DNA from: Thermoplasmata archaeon
GTDB lineage: Archaea > Thermoplasmatota > Thermoplasmata > Lutacidiplasmatales > UBA184
Direction: 5' to 3'
Assembly (NCBI GenBank): GCA_049582265.1
Contig: JBAUTP010000288.1
Span: 1 to 36,624, forward strand
Length of the DNA: 36,624 bases
The notes below the pieces were generated by a model. The model had not been told where the DNA came from and made no database searches. It worked only from the letters and a program-made list of their open reading frames with translations. Below are positions 15,547-25,830 of the stretch, piece by piece; position 1 is the first letter of the stretch; each line of letters begins with the position of its first letter. A program made the position numbers and the translations under genes.

Positions 15547-15900
15547 ATGACCTCTCTCTTTCGGCGGCTGCGTCGTGACAAGTCCGAAAAGGAGGAGGAA
15601 GAGAAGCCGGCGAAAGGAAAAGCCGTTCCTGAAGCGGCGGACCGCCAGCCTTCCGGCCCCGCAACGTCAGCCTCCAAATCGGTCGGATCCCCGGAGACCA
15701 AAGGCGCGAGTGCGTCGTCCGGCCCCGCAGCTGTGACCGATGTTCCCATGCGGAGCGAACCGCCCCCCGCACTCCCCCGTGGTGTCGATGCGAAGCCGAA
15801 TGCGGCCTCCGCGCCGATGAACACACTGAGGTGCTTCATTTGCGGCACCGAGATGCAGGGCTCGTGGTGCCCCACCTGCCAGATGTCGTGGAAGGACTGA
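15547..15900 (+). CDS. small disordered protein with C-terminal zinc-ribbon (CxxC...CxxC)
   Basis: ATG 15547 (MTSLFRRLRRDKSEKEEEE...). A Lys/Glu-rich then Ala/Ser/Pro-rich linker is followed by a terminal CFICGTEMQGSWCPTCQ motif. Confidence 0.5.
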   Translation: MTSLFRRLRRDKSEKEEEEKPAKGKAVPEAADRQPSGPATSASKSVGSPETKGASASSGPAAVTDVPMRSEPPPALPRGVDAKPNAASAPMNTLRCFICGTEMQGSWCPTCQMSWKD

Positions 15901-15976
15901 CCCCACCCCGGCCCCACGCAGTCTAGCCGTTTTCCTAAATACCCCCCCTCGCTGGCACGGTTCCCGGCCCACCAAC

Positions 15977-17629
15977 GTGACGTCCACACTTCCCCCCCAG
16001 GAGCCATCCGATGGGCTGACGAGCCTAGAGTCCGAGATTGTCCAAACGGTGTTCAACTTTCAGCCGGGGTATGCGGTCTTCCTCGGCCTCCACGATTACG
16101 ACGGTCGACTTCCCGACCTCAGTCCGGCCGCCACCGCCAGCTGGGCCCGGCGAGCCCGCGAACTTCATGGAAAGGTAACTCGAACGGACGAATTCGAGCA
16201 GCCCTCCGACCGTACCTACGACCGAATCCTACTGGGACTCCTCCTCGAAGGTCCCCTCTTTGATATCGAGGAGTCGCACGAGCTGGAGCGCAACCCCATG
16301 TCCTACGTCGGTCAGATCTCCCTGACCCCCTACTTGGTTCGGCACTACTGCCCCGCCCCCCAGAGGGTCGCGTCCATGACCCGGATCCTGGGCGGGATCC
16401 CCCGTCTTATCGAAACGGCGCGGCAACGTCTCATGGATCCGCTCCCCGTGCCGTTCGTTCAATTGGCGTTGACCATCGTTGAAGGCTTCCCCTCCCACTT
16501 TGCCGAGGCCCAGGCGTTCGCCAATCGAGTATCCAATGGCGAAGCCGTGGAGATGTCCCACGCCCGGACCGAGGGAGAGGCGGTCCTAGCCGATTTCGCG
16601 AAGGAGCTCAGGGAAGAATATCTTCCCACGGCGACACCCGATTTTGCGTTGGGGCCGGCCCGTTACCAGAAGCTGCTGTGGGTTCGCGAAGGAATCCGAA
16701 CTCCGGCGGCGGAGATACTGCAGCGGGGATGGGATGACCTGCGTCGGAACCAGGTGAGGCTCGAAAAGCTGGCACTGGAGCGCCAGCCCAAGGTCACCGT
16801 CGTGGAGCTTCTCGACGAATCGTTCCGCCAGCACGCCACCGCTGACGGATTGATCCTTCGGGCGGAGTCGTTCGTCGAGGAGACACGCTCGTTCGTCCGG
16901 AGTCACGACCTGGTTACCATACCCGAGCCCTCCAGGTGTCGCGTTACCGAGACGCCGAGCTACGGGCGGGCCATGTCAACGGCGAGCATGGACCCCCCGG
17001 GCCCCTTCGACGAGCTCAGCGAAGAAGGGATCTTCTACGTGACCCCCGTCGACCCGTCGTGGCCGCCCGAGCGTCAGGAAGAGTGGCTCCGATCGCTCAA
17101 CGATGCGACCCTTAAGATCACCACCATCCACGAGGTGTTTCCCGGTCACTACCTTCAGTTTCTTCATTTCCGTGCGACGAGGTCGAGCCTGGCCAGAAAG
17201 TCGTACCTTTCGGCCGCGTTCACTGAGGGTTGGGCTCACTACTGCGAACAACTGGCGATCGAGCAAGGCCTGGCGAAGGGTGGTTCGAGCGCCGAGGTCG
17301 CCCAGATCCACGACGCCCTCCTGCGGGATTGCCGGCTGATCGCGTCGGTAGGGCTTCACACGCAGGGCTACACGATCGATTGGGCGACCCAGCTTTTCCG
17401 AACGGAAGCGCACTTGGAAGAGTTTCCGGCCCAGCGCGAGGCGATTCGGGGCACGTTCAATCCTGAGTACTTCGTCTACACGCTAGGGAAGCTCGCGATC
17501 CTGGATGTCCGAGGAAAATACCTCCACTCTCGATTCGGTGGCTCGCTGAAGCGATTCCACGACCGGATCTTGGGCTTCGGGTGCCCGCCGGTCGGGTTCC
17601 TCGATGTCTTGCTGTCGGCGCCGAACTAA
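15977..17629 (+). CDS. DUF885 family protein (putative metallopeptidase-like)
   Basis: 550 aa with a GTG start on the track. It has the family-typical LGLHDYDGRLPDLS near the N-terminus and the HEVFPGHYLQ motif. Confidence 0.85.
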   Translation: MTSTLPPQEPSDGLTSLESEIVQTVFNFQPGYAVFLGLHDYDGRLPDLSPAATASWARRARELHGKVTRTDEFEQPSDRTYDRILLGLLLEGPLFDIEESHELERNPMSYVGQISLTPYLVRHYCPAPQRVASMTRILGGIPRLIETARQRLMDPLPVPFVQLALTIVEGFPSHFAEAQAFANRVSNGEAVEMSHARTEGEAVLADFAKELREEYLPTATPDFALGPARYQKLLWVREGIRTPAAEILQRGWDDLRRNQVRLEKLALERQPKVTVVELLDESFRQHATADGLILRAESFVEETRSFVRSHDLVTIPEPSRCRVTETPSYGRAMSTASMDPPGPFDELSEEGIFYVTPVDPSWPPERQEEWLRSLNDATLKITTIHEVFPGHYLQFLHFRATRSSLARKSYLSAAFTEGWAHYCEQLAIEQGLAKGGSSAEVAQIHDALLRDCRLIASVGLHTQGYTIDWATQLFRTEAHLEEFPAQREAIRGTFNPEYFVYTLGKLAILDVRGKYLHSRFGGSLKRFHDRILGFGCPPVGFLDVLLSAPN

Positions 17630-17957
17630 AACTACCGGAATCGCCCGAACGAACCGGGGTCGGAGTTTGCCATCGCCAAGCCGGAACGGGGGTGACTCTT
17701 CGTCGCTCGGAGACCGTCGATAGTGGGTTCAGCTGCTTCAGAACCCACACACCTCTGCGGCGTGGTACCTCGCTAGAACAGACCGAGGTTGATACTCGGG
17801 AGGGGTCGCTTGCGAGTGGGCCCACGAGACCTCGATGGCGAGCAACGTCCCCGCACCGATCTCGACCGCTGTACAGGGTTCTGCGCCACGCGTTCCAGGA
17901 GTGGTCCTTCTTCGCATCTGCCTTGGACTGATCGGGCCGATCAATCTCCTCTCCATC

Positions 17958-18254
17958 ATGGACGCAGCAAATCAAATCCTCTCTAGCTTCACTGCGACGG
18001 CCCTCCCGTTCGCCCCGCGAACGCTGAGCGGTCCGGGGCTCGCCAATGCGGCGGCAACGCACCCGACGGGCGGGTCAGGACTCGTAGCGGCCATCACGAT
18101 ATGTCTCGCCATCGGCCTCCCGCTGGGGGTCACCACACGGGCCGCGTACATCGCGGGAACCGCGCTCAACGCGGCCCTCTCATTACACAATTCGGGCAGC
18201 TTTGGACAGTGCCCGGCGGGACCGGTGTCGGTCCGATGCCGCTCGATATCCTGA
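17958..18254 (+). CDS. possible small membrane protein (98 aa)
   Basis: ATG 17958 (MDAANQILSS...). It has high third-position GC and one clear hydrophobic segment (GLVAAITICLAIGLPLGV). It lies in an otherwise unassigned 900-nt gap. No family recognised. Confidence 0.3.
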   Translation: MDAANQILSSFTATALPFAPRTLSGPGLANAAATHPTGGSGLVAAITICLAIGLPLGVTTRAAYIAGTALNAALSLHNSGSFGQCPAGPVSVRCRSIS

Positions 18255-18529
18255 CTTATCTCGCGCTGCTCGCGGCCGACGCCGAGCGATTCACGTCGCT
18301 CGATGCCTGGTGGGCAGCGCATCGGACTCGAGCTGCACGATCTCGGGTAATAGGACGGGCGAATCCGAGTCGGGCGCATGTCGACGTAGACGTAAGTTCC
18401 CAGCCCCAATCCTAGGCGCGTCTGCGTATCGCCGGATGTCGCGATGGACAGGCAGGGATTCGTTCCTACGATTCGAGCCTTTCGCCATCCGTTTCGGCGT
18501 AACCATCGCGGAGCAGCGTTGTGCGCATC

Positions 18530-20122
18530 TCATTCGGTCGACGAGGCAACGCCCGTCGCGGGAACTGGGGCCGCTGAATCGCTTCGTTCGCCCGACGCGC
18601 TGAACGTGTAATTGCGGAGGAATCCGGCGAGAACCCCGCACAGGGCCGAAAGAACAGCACCGGCTCCAAAGAGCCAATGGAAAGCGGTGAGTGTCGGAAG
18701 TTGGACGGTGAGGGGGCCGGAAGGTCCCGTGACCCCCGTCGCAAAGACCCCGGTAAAGCTCGCGAGAATGCTGGCAACGAGGACCGGCCCGATGCTCGCC
18801 CCTAGGTCCTGGAACATTTCGGCCATTCCGGTCTGGATTCCAGTTTCCCCTCTCCGAGAGGAGAGCACGACCATGTTCGTGATTGCGATGATCATGGACA
18901 CGAGGCCGACAAAGACGGGAATCGGGGTCACGAAAAGGGCAGCGTAGGTCGTACCGAAAACGAGGATCAGAAGGAAGCCGACGGTTGCAAGGGCCGCGCC
19001 GAACATCATGATCGGCTTGGGCCCGAATCGCGCGATAGCCCGCCCGACGAAGGGTGCGGCAACCAGCATCGACATGGTGGTGGGGAGACTCAAGATTCCG
19101 AAGTCGAGCACGGAGCGGCCCAGGCCCACGATGGGGGTCTCCACGAGGATGGTGAGTCCCACGAACCCGAGAAAGATCGCCATTCCGACGAGAAGGGCCC
19201 CGAAGTAGCTGATTGCCAGGTTGCGCTCCTGGAAACGCTCCAAGTGGATGATGGGGTCGACCGCCGTGCGCTCCCGAAGATAGAACAGGATCGAGAAAGC
19301 GACGGACATGGCGAACAGTTCGGGAACTCCGAACGGTACGATTCCGAGCCTTACGGCACTGAGTTGGGCCCAGCCCCAGGACGGACCTTGCGACAGGCCA
19401 AGGAGGACCGTGGCCAGGGCCGCGCCGAGGAAGGTAGCCCCCGGCACATCAAGCACAACATGGAGCCGGTGTCGGGACTCGGGGAGAGCAAGGATCGTCA
19501 TGGCGACGATCACCGCAGCAAACGGAATCACGATGTGATAGGCGTCCTGCCAGCCGTAGGTTTGGATGACCCACGCACCGCCGAAGAGCCCGAGGGCAGC
19601 CCCGATCGCGAACATGGCGGCGATGAGCCCCTGAGCCTGCGCCACCTTGGCGGGCGGAAGCTCCTCCCCGACCAGCGCGAAAGCGAGGGGGAACATCGCG
19701 AGGCCCACGCCCTGGACCCCACGAACGGCGATCAAGAGATAGACAGCGTCAAATCGGGAAAGTCCCAGGACGCTCGCGAGTTGAGGAGTAAACCCGGTGA
19801 TCGCGACCGCGATCGCATAGATCCCGAGCACTACGACCAGCATCCGCTTCTTACCGTAGATATCCCCCAGTTTGGCGAAAAGGGGCGTGGTGGAGACGCC
19901 GACGAGGAGATAGGCCGAGACCACCCATGCGATCGTGGTGTAGGGGACTCCGTCGAAGAAGGCGACCAGCGTCGGCAACGCCGGAACGAGCATGGTCTCC
20001 ACGTAATTGACCATGAGAGCCGCCGCGGCGAGAAGGACCAGAATGACCGCCCCTCGGCGCGCCACCTCTGCCGGCACGTCGGACGAAACGGGCGATTGCA
20101 TAGCGCTGACGCCACCCCCCAT
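18530..20122 (-). CDS. MFS transporter, 14-TMS drug:H+ antiporter (DHA2/EmrB-like) type
   Basis: 530 aa with many hydrophobic segments. It carries the MFS signature region LFAKLGDIYGKKRMLVVVLGIYAIA. The length is consistent with a 14-TMS topology. Confidence 0.9.
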   Translation of the reverse strand: MGGGVSAMQSPVSSDVPAEVARRGAVILVLLAAAALMVNYVETMLVPALPTLVAFFDGVPYTTIAWVVSAYLLVGVSTTPLFAKLGDIYGKKRMLVVVLGIYAIAVAITGFTPQLASVLGLSRFDAVYLLIAVRGVQGVGLAMFPLAFALVGEELPPAKVAQAQGLIAAMFAIGAALGLFGGAWVIQTYGWQDAYHIVIPFAAVIVAMTILALPESRHRLHVVLDVPGATFLGAALATVLLGLSQGPSWGWAQLSAVRLGIVPFGVPELFAMSVAFSILFYLRERTAVDPIIHLERFQERNLAISYFGALLVGMAIFLGFVGLTILVETPIVGLGRSVLDFGILSLPTTMSMLVAAPFVGRAIARFGPKPIMMFGAALATVGFLLILVFGTTYAALFVTPIPVFVGLVSMIIAITNMVVLSSRRGETGIQTGMAEMFQDLGASIGPVLVASILASFTGVFATGVTGPSGPLTVQLPTLTAFHWLFGAGAVLSALCGVLAGFLRNYTFSASGERSDSAAPVPATGVASSTE

Positions 20123-20268
20123 CCATGGAGGAAAGGTGCATCGAGGATTAAGTCGACCGTACGCGGAGGGACCAGAATCCGCCTACAATCACGCGCGTTG
20201 GCTGATTCGTAGGGGTTCATCGAAAAGGTCGGAACAGTCAAGGCCGATGCGTTCTCCAGCCCTGTGGC

Positions 20269-21249
20269 ATGGCCGCGACCGCAGTAACTCCCGAAGTCCT
20301 CGATCTCGATATTCTACGGGAAATGTACCGTGGGGGCGCGATCAGTCTCGCCGGAATTGACCCTCGGCTGAACGTGACGCGCATTGCCCGCCGCCTGAAA
20401 GTGGGACGCGCCCGGGTCGATGCCCGACTCCAGGCATGGAAGAAGAGCGGGTTTCTTCGGCGCTACGAGGTGTGGGTCAATCCCGCGCTCTTCGGCTGGG
20501 AGGGCGCCTTCGTGGCAATCCGCGTCGAAGACCGAAGGGAGAAGTCGAAACTCATGCCCTGTCTCGGTCTCGTCGATGGCATCGTTTCAGGAACGGAATT
20601 CCTCGGGGAATGGATCACGGTGGGCTTGATCGCACCGGATGCAGCCTCGCTTGAGCGCCGGGTCGCCCTCATCCGCGAGTTGCCTGGGGTTCGTGAGGTG
20701 GAGTCTCCTACCCGCTGGCACGTGCCACGGCCGAAGCGGGCGCTGACGTCCCTCGACCTCCGTATCATCCGCTCGCTCCGAGAACGTCCGATGGCCACCT
20801 TGGGGGAGACTGCCCATCGGGCGGGAGTCTCGACCCGGACGATGACTCGCCGATATTCCGAGCTCATCGAGGGATGGGCGGTCTGGTTCGTCCCCTTGTT
20901 CGATTTTCGATCCATCAGCTATCCGGTCGTGACGATCGGTGTAACCGTCCGACCAGGTGTCCGTGCGGCCGGCATCGCTCATTCCATCCGAGCTCGGTTC
21001 CCCCTTACGCTCGATCTTCCCGCGACACAAGCGGCTCCGGACGTTGGGGGCGAAACCCAGGTTTGGATCGTGATCCCGCCTTCGGCGGCCCACTTGGAAG
21101 AGATAGAACAGTTCGTCGAGTCGATCGACGGAGTCGTCAGCGTGGAGGCGAATGTCATGGTTCGCGTCCACAGTTTTCCGGAATGGTTCGATGATCATCT
21201 GCGAACGTTGATGAAGGGCCGATCAGAAACCACACGCGTTGCGAGGTGA
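20269..21249 (+). CDS. tandem Lrp/AsnC-type (winged-helix + RAM-like) transcriptional regulator
   Basis: 326 aa with two HTH-like modules (LDLDILREMYRGG...NVTRIARRLKVGRARVDARL and LDLRIIRSLRERPMATLGETAHRAGVSTRTMTRRY). Each module is followed by a beta-rich effector-type segment. The gene is divergent from the MFS gene. Confidence 0.65.
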   Translation: MAATAVTPEVLDLDILREMYRGGAISLAGIDPRLNVTRIARRLKVGRARVDARLQAWKKSGFLRRYEVWVNPALFGWEGAFVAIRVEDRREKSKLMPCLGLVDGIVSGTEFLGEWITVGLIAPDAASLERRVALIRELPGVREVESPTRWHVPRPKRALTSLDLRIIRSLRERPMATLGETAHRAGVSTRTMTRRYSELIEGWAVWFVPLFDFRSISYPVVTIGVTVRPGVRAAGIAHSIRARFPLTLDLPATQAAPDVGGETQVWIVIPPSAAHLEEIEQFVESIDGVVSVEANVMVRVHSFPEWFDDHLRTLMKGRSETTRVAR

Positions 21250-21680
21250 AGGATGAAATCGCCCTCCTCGTGGGTGAATACGGTTCAGTTTCCTCGATGC
21301 CCGGTGAGCAGGAGAGACTCGAGTTCCCAGCAGTGCGGGCCGGGTTCGGTGAGATCCCTCCGTGAACAGTTCGGCGATGTGACCAGAACGATGCGCGAAG
21401 ACGGAGAGATTCGCCCCCTCCCTCCAGATGCACGTCGAAGTTCGTTCGGGGGTCCCTCGACGTGCACGAAGGATCGGAGCGGTCAGGAATGCTTCCCGGA
21501 CCATACCCCTCTTTTCGGCCGCTCGAAGGAGATCGTTGCTCTCCGGGACTCGGTCGGCCCTGGGAACTCCCCGGCCCTTCGCCCCTCCCGGATGGATGAA
21601 GTGATACACACGCGAGCCATTCAACCGGCCTGTCTCACGGGACGATCCATGAGATTGAACGTCGTTGCTGTGAGGGCACA

Positions 21681-23678
21681 GTGATGAACGAGACTCGTGT
21701 CGCGGAGGCCGGCCCGGTTCCGAGCTCATCCGTCACGAAGGGGAAAACGGAGGCGGAATCCCCGAAGCTCGCGCGAACCGAATCGGTGGGGCTCGACCGC
21801 CCCCTCGTTGGGGAGCGCAATGACATCCAAGTCGTTACCGACCTCTTGGGGGTCATAACGGACCTAAATCCCCGTGCCGAGGAAATCCTGGGGCATTCGA
21901 GGGATCGTATCATCGGGACGCCGTTCGCGAACTACTTTACGGACCCCGGGCGAGCTGAGGAAGGAATTCGAAGGGTGCTCACGGAAGGCCATCTCATCAA
22001 CTACGAGCTCGTCCTACGCCCGCACGAGGGGGAAGCGACGGCGGCCTCGTACACTCTTGACACCCTCGAAGGTCAGGATGGGAAGGCCCGAGGGGTGGTT
22101 GCCCTGGCCCGAGATATCACCTCGCAAAAGCAGACGGAAAAGGAACTTCGGGAATCGCAGACCTACAACCGGGGACTCATCGAAGCCTCGCCCGACGCGC
22201 TCGTGACCGTCGACCTCGGCCTCAGGATTACCGACGTGAATGAGCAAATGGTCCATCTCACGGGTCTCACGCGCCGGCAACTCATCGGAAGCGTATTCTC
22301 CTCGCTCTTCGCGGATCCCCAACGGGCGGAAGAAGGGATTCGTCTCTCGCTCAAGAAAGGGCCGGTTACGAACTACGAAATGCTTCTGTGCAACCGCACC
22401 GGCGAGCGTATCCCCGTGGCTCTCAACACAGGAACACTCTACGACATGTCGGGGAACGTGGCTGGAGTTCTGGCCACGGCACGCGACATCACGGAACAGA
22501 AGAGGATCGAGACTGAGCTTCGAGAATCCCAGAACTACACCCGAGACCTGGTCGAGTCGAACATCGACGCGCTGATGGCGACTGACGTGCTGGGCCGGAT
22601 AACGGACGTCAACCGGCAAATGGAAGAGCTGACGGGCCTCGCCCGCGCTCAGATCATCGGTACGCCCTTCCGGAGATATTTCACGGACCAAAAACAAGCC
22701 GAGGACGCCATTCGTCGGGTGCTTCGTGAGGACCGGGTCACGAACTACGAGCTCACGATGCGAACTCGCGGCGGCGGGCGGATTGAAGTGTCCTGCAACG
22801 CGACCACGTTCCGGGACACGCAGGGGCGGCTCAAGGGGGTCTTCGCGGCGGCCCGGGATGTAACGGAACATCGACGACTCCATGACCAGCTCGAGCAACG
22901 CAATCGGGAACTCGAGGTTCAGAACCGGCGCGCGGAGGAGGCGAACCGGCTCAAGACCGAATTCCTCGCGAGCATGTCCCATGAGCTTCGGACACCGCTC
23001 AACAGTATCATCGGATTCTCCGAGTTCCTGGTCTCGCAAGCAAACAATGGGCTCACCCCGGAGCAGCGAGAGTATTTGGGTGACATCAACGAAAGCGGAG
23101 AGCACCTCCTCCGGCTGATCAACGACATTCTCGACCTCTCGAAGGTTGAGTCCGGCAAGCTCGTACTCGCCCCGGCTCCGTTCTCTCCACGAGAAGCGCT
23201 CCAAGCCGTTTGTTCGGTTGTCCGTCCGATGATCGACGAGAAACACCTTACCCTGAGCACGCACGTCGCCGTGGGGCTTGACATCGTGGTGATCGACGAA
23301 CTGCGATTCAAGCAGATTCTGTTCAATCTGCTTTCCAACGCGGTCAAGTTCACCAACGCGGGTGGGCGAATCCACATCACCATCACGCGAACGCACAACG
23401 ATCGGCTCGTTCTTCGCGTGAACGATACCGGGATCGGTATCGCTCCGGACGACGTCCCTCGCTTGTTCCGCCAATTTGAGCAACTCGAGACGGGTCCCGG
23501 ACGTCGTTTCCAGGGATCCGGCTTGGGGCTCTATCTCACCCGAAAGCTGGTGGACATGCATGGAGGAACCATCGATGTCGAAAGCGAGGTGGGGAAAGGG
23601 ACTACCTTTACCGTCATCCTCCCAGCCCGGGTGGACCAGCGGTCCCCCGTAGGGTCGCCGCCATCGACGGCCCCCTGA
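21681..23678 (+). CDS. soluble sensor histidine kinase with three PAS domains
   Basis: 665 aa. Three PAS repeats are each followed by ARDIT(S/E)QK...ELRESQ linkers. Kinase boxes: H-box SHELRTPLNSI, N-box LLSNAVKFT, G1 DTGIGI, G2 GSGLGL. No TM segment. Confidence 0.9.
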   Translation: MMNETRVAEAGPVPSSSVTKGKTEAESPKLARTESVGLDRPLVGERNDIQVVTDLLGVITDLNPRAEEILGHSRDRIIGTPFANYFTDPGRAEEGIRRVLTEGHLINYELVLRPHEGEATAASYTLDTLEGQDGKARGVVALARDITSQKQTEKELRESQTYNRGLIEASPDALVTVDLGLRITDVNEQMVHLTGLTRRQLIGSVFSSLFADPQRAEEGIRLSLKKGPVTNYEMLLCNRTGERIPVALNTGTLYDMSGNVAGVLATARDITEQKRIETELRESQNYTRDLVESNIDALMATDVLGRITDVNRQMEELTGLARAQIIGTPFRRYFTDQKQAEDAIRRVLREDRVTNYELTMRTRGGGRIEVSCNATTFRDTQGRLKGVFAAARDVTEHRRLHDQLEQRNRELEVQNRRAEEANRLKTEFLASMSHELRTPLNSIIGFSEFLVSQANNGLTPEQREYLGDINESGEHLLRLINDILDLSKVESGKLVLAPAPFSPREALQAVCSVVRPMIDEKHLTLSTHVAVGLDIVVIDELRFKQILFNLLSNAVKFTNAGGRIHITITRTHNDRLVLRVNDTGIGIAPDDVPRLFRQFEQLETGPGRRFQGSGLGLYLTRKLVDMHGGTIDVESEVGKGTTFTVILPARVDQRSPVGSPPSTAP

Positions 23679-24958
23679 TGGATGAGGGGAGGGACCACCG
23701 CGTGCCCCAGCTCTGGGACCGTCCGCTCAAGGCCGTTCTCTTCCTTCTGGTCTTCCTTCACACACCGCGGATCCGCCGCCACGAGGAGTCGGAGTTAGGG
23801 CTCTTGTATGAGATGGCCCCCACGGGTCAGCTGATCCTGGATGCGACCCGTCACATCCTGCTGGCGAATCCTGCCGCGTATCGGATCTTTCAGCGCCCGG
23901 CGGGAGAGCTCAGCGGGCTGCCTCTTTCGGAGCTCATCGCCCACGGTGCCGAGGCGACGCTCGACCAGGCCTTCACCATGGCCAATCGGCATGGCGGCAC
24001 TCCCCCCACCGCCCAGATCGATATCCTGGATGGGACCGGTTCTTCCCTTTCCGTAGAGATCGTGATCGGTCGGTTCCCTGAGCACGCGGGCCCGGGCTAC
24101 GTCGTGGTCCTGCGCGATATTCGGGAGCAGGTCGCCCTCGTAGAGGCGCTGATCGAACGGGGGGCGCAGCTCGCTCGTTCGAACCGGGATCTTCAGGAGT
24201 TCACCTACATCGCTTCCCACGACCTTCAAGAGCCGCTTCGGATGGTGGCCAGCTACACGCAACTGGTCGCTGAGCGCTACCAGGGAAAGCTCGACCCGGC
24301 CGCCGACGAATTTCTCGGGTTCGCGCAGGAAGGCGCGGCGCGGATGCAACGGCTCATCGATGACCTCGTGAACTATTCCCGCATCGATACGCGGGGACAG
24401 CCGTTCGCTCCCCTTTCCATGGACGCCTGCCTGACCGACGCCCTTCGCAATCTCGAGGTGATGATCCACGAGGCGGGCGCGACCATCGAACGGTCACCCC
24501 TTCCCAGCGTTGAGGGAGACCCGGTGCAACTCATGCAGGTCCTTCAGAATCTCATCAGTAATGCTGTCAAGTTCCATGGTACTGACCCCGCGAGGGTCGC
24601 GGTGCGAGGAGAGGACGAAGGTCCTACGGTCCTCTACTCCGTGAGCGATAATGGGATTGGCATCCCCGAAGAGTATCGCGAGAAGATCTTCGTGATCTTC
24701 CAGCGTCTGCATCGACGCGAGGAATACCCGGGGACGGGCGTGGGGCTGGCCGTTTGCAAGAAGATCATCGATCGTCACGGGGGCACCATCTGGGTGGAAA
24801 GTACCGTCGGAAAGGGATCCGTGTTCCGCTTCCGGTTGCCCCATCGGCAACCCGCCCTCCCTCCTCCGACGGACCGCCCGCCGGTCACGCCCATTGAACG
24901 AGAGGCGCAGCAACAGGCCGAGGACCTTATCACGGACCGCCTGAAGGAGCTCGTGTAG
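23678..24958 (+). CDS. PAS sensor histidine kinase (SHDLQEPLR-type H-box)
   Basis: 426 aa. Its ATG overlaps the preceding TGA (TGATG). It has one PAS domain, H-box ASHDLQEPLRMV, N-box LISNAVKFH, DNGIGI and GTGVGLA. Confidence 0.9.
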   Translation: MDEGRDHRVPQLWDRPLKAVLFLLVFLHTPRIRRHEESELGLLYEMAPTGQLILDATRHILLANPAAYRIFQRPAGELSGLPLSELIAHGAEATLDQAFTMANRHGGTPPTAQIDILDGTGSSLSVEIVIGRFPEHAGPGYVVVLRDIREQVALVEALIERGAQLARSNRDLQEFTYIASHDLQEPLRMVASYTQLVAERYQGKLDPAADEFLGFAQEGAARMQRLIDDLVNYSRIDTRGQPFAPLSMDACLTDALRNLEVMIHEAGATIERSPLPSVEGDPVQLMQVLQNLISNAVKFHGTDPARVAVRGEDEGPTVLYSVSDNGIGIPEEYREKIFVIFQRLHRREEYPGTGVGLAVCKKIIDRHGGTIWVESTVGKGSVFRFRLPHRQPALPPPTDRPPVTPIEREAQQQAEDLITDRLKELV

Positions 24959-24971
24959 GGGGATTACGTCG

Positions 24972-25733
24972 ATGGACGTGGATGCGCTCATCGCCGGCGT
25001 TTTCTCGCTGGTGGGCGTGGGGATCTATCTCTTCCTCGGGGTCCGGCTCGCCAATCGGCCGGTCTCCGCGCATTCCCGTTTGCCCGCGGGTCAGTTCGCC
25101 CTATTTTGGATCGGCCTCGCCGTCGTCACGTTGTTGGGGGCTCTCCTGAGCCTGGAAGCGATCTTCGTTGTGCCTTCCGTCGCGCTGGTCATCACCTTTG
25201 TTCACCTCGAGATCCTCGTTCTGTGCGCGGTGCTCTGGGGCCTGCTGGGGTACCTCACCTACCTCTATACGGGTCGTAGCTACCTCGTCGTATGGTCCGT
25301 CTGGTATGGGGCCCTCTATCTGGTCCTGACGTACATCATTACGGCCGCCACCAAGACGGTGACGGTCACGCAAGGCACGGTTACTCTCCAGTACACGAAC
25401 TTGGTCGGAGGACCGGTCTTGGATGTACTCATTGCGCTCCTCCTAGCTCCGGAGTTCCTCGGGGCACTGCTCTACTTCACCCTCGTTTTCCGGTCGCGCG
25501 ATCCCACCATTCGCTACCGGGTCACGCTCGTGAGCTGGAGCCTGATCGCATGGTTCGGTCTTGCCTCGATCAACCTGGCGGGACTCCTGGGCGGTGGCTT
25601 CGCGGCCCAGCTCCTGGACCACTCCCTCGGGGTGATCGCGGCGATCGTGATCCTCCTCGCCTACTATCCACCGCGCTTTGTCCGCGCCCGGCTCAGGGTT
25701 ACGGGGATCGACTCGTCCGTCGTGACACCCTAG
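24972..25733 (+). CDS. stand-alone polytopic (about 7 TM) membrane protein
   Basis: 253 aa, starting 13 nt after the kinase stop. It has six to seven long hydrophobic segments and a short beta-like TKTVTVTQGTVTLQYT insert. There is no catalytic or HTH motif. Confidence 0.7.
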   Translation: MDVDALIAGVFSLVGVGIYLFLGVRLANRPVSAHSRLPAGQFALFWIGLAVVTLLGALLSLEAIFVVPSVALVITFVHLEILVLCAVLWGLLGYLTYLYTGRSYLVVWSVWYGALYLVLTYIITAATKTVTVTQGTVTLQYTNLVGGPVLDVLIALLLAPEFLGALLYFTLVFRSRDPTIRYRVTLVSWSLIAWFGLASINLAGLLGGGFAAQLLDHSLGVIAAIVILLAYYPPRFVRARLRVTGIDSSVVTP

Positions 25734-25796
25734 TCGGCCCTCTCGAATTCGCCGTCCACCGAACTGGCGTCGCGAGACGAGCGTCCGGGGAACGGC

Positions 25797-25802
25797 TATA
25801 AT
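25797..25802 (+). promoter_or_regulatory. TATAAT box upstream of the receiver gene
   Basis: An isolated AT-rich hexamer 29-34 nt upstream of ATG 25831. Confidence 0.35.
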
Positions 25803-25830
25803 CCTTCCACGGTTCGTCCGCTCCTTTGCG

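Noticed and set aside
15452-15826. N-terminal 125 codons of the 279-aa RidA ORF
   Set aside because: The sequence looks non-protein-like, and it would swallow the divergent promoter and the opposite-strand zinc-ribbon gene start. The RidA domain begins at ATG 15451.
17723-17748. 8-bp-stem hairpin as terminator of the DUF885 gene
   Set aside because: It lies 95 nt from the stop and is not followed by a T tract. It is mentioned under the unassigned-region finding only.
22014-23561. 515-aa minus-strand ORF
   Set aside because: It is antisense to the PAS histidine kinase and has no motifs. The same applies to 19244-20212 (+, antisense to the MFS gene), 31611-32777 (-, antisense to BNR paralogue B), 34006-35109 (+, antisense to the hydrolase-cyclase gene) and 23795-24469 (-). 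These are typical stop-poor shadow frames of GC-rich DNA.
24972-25733. The 7-TM protein as a microbial rhodopsin
   Set aside because: There is no lysine in the last TM helix (the only Lys is in the TKTVTV loop segment) and no DxxxK-type or RYxD-type motif.
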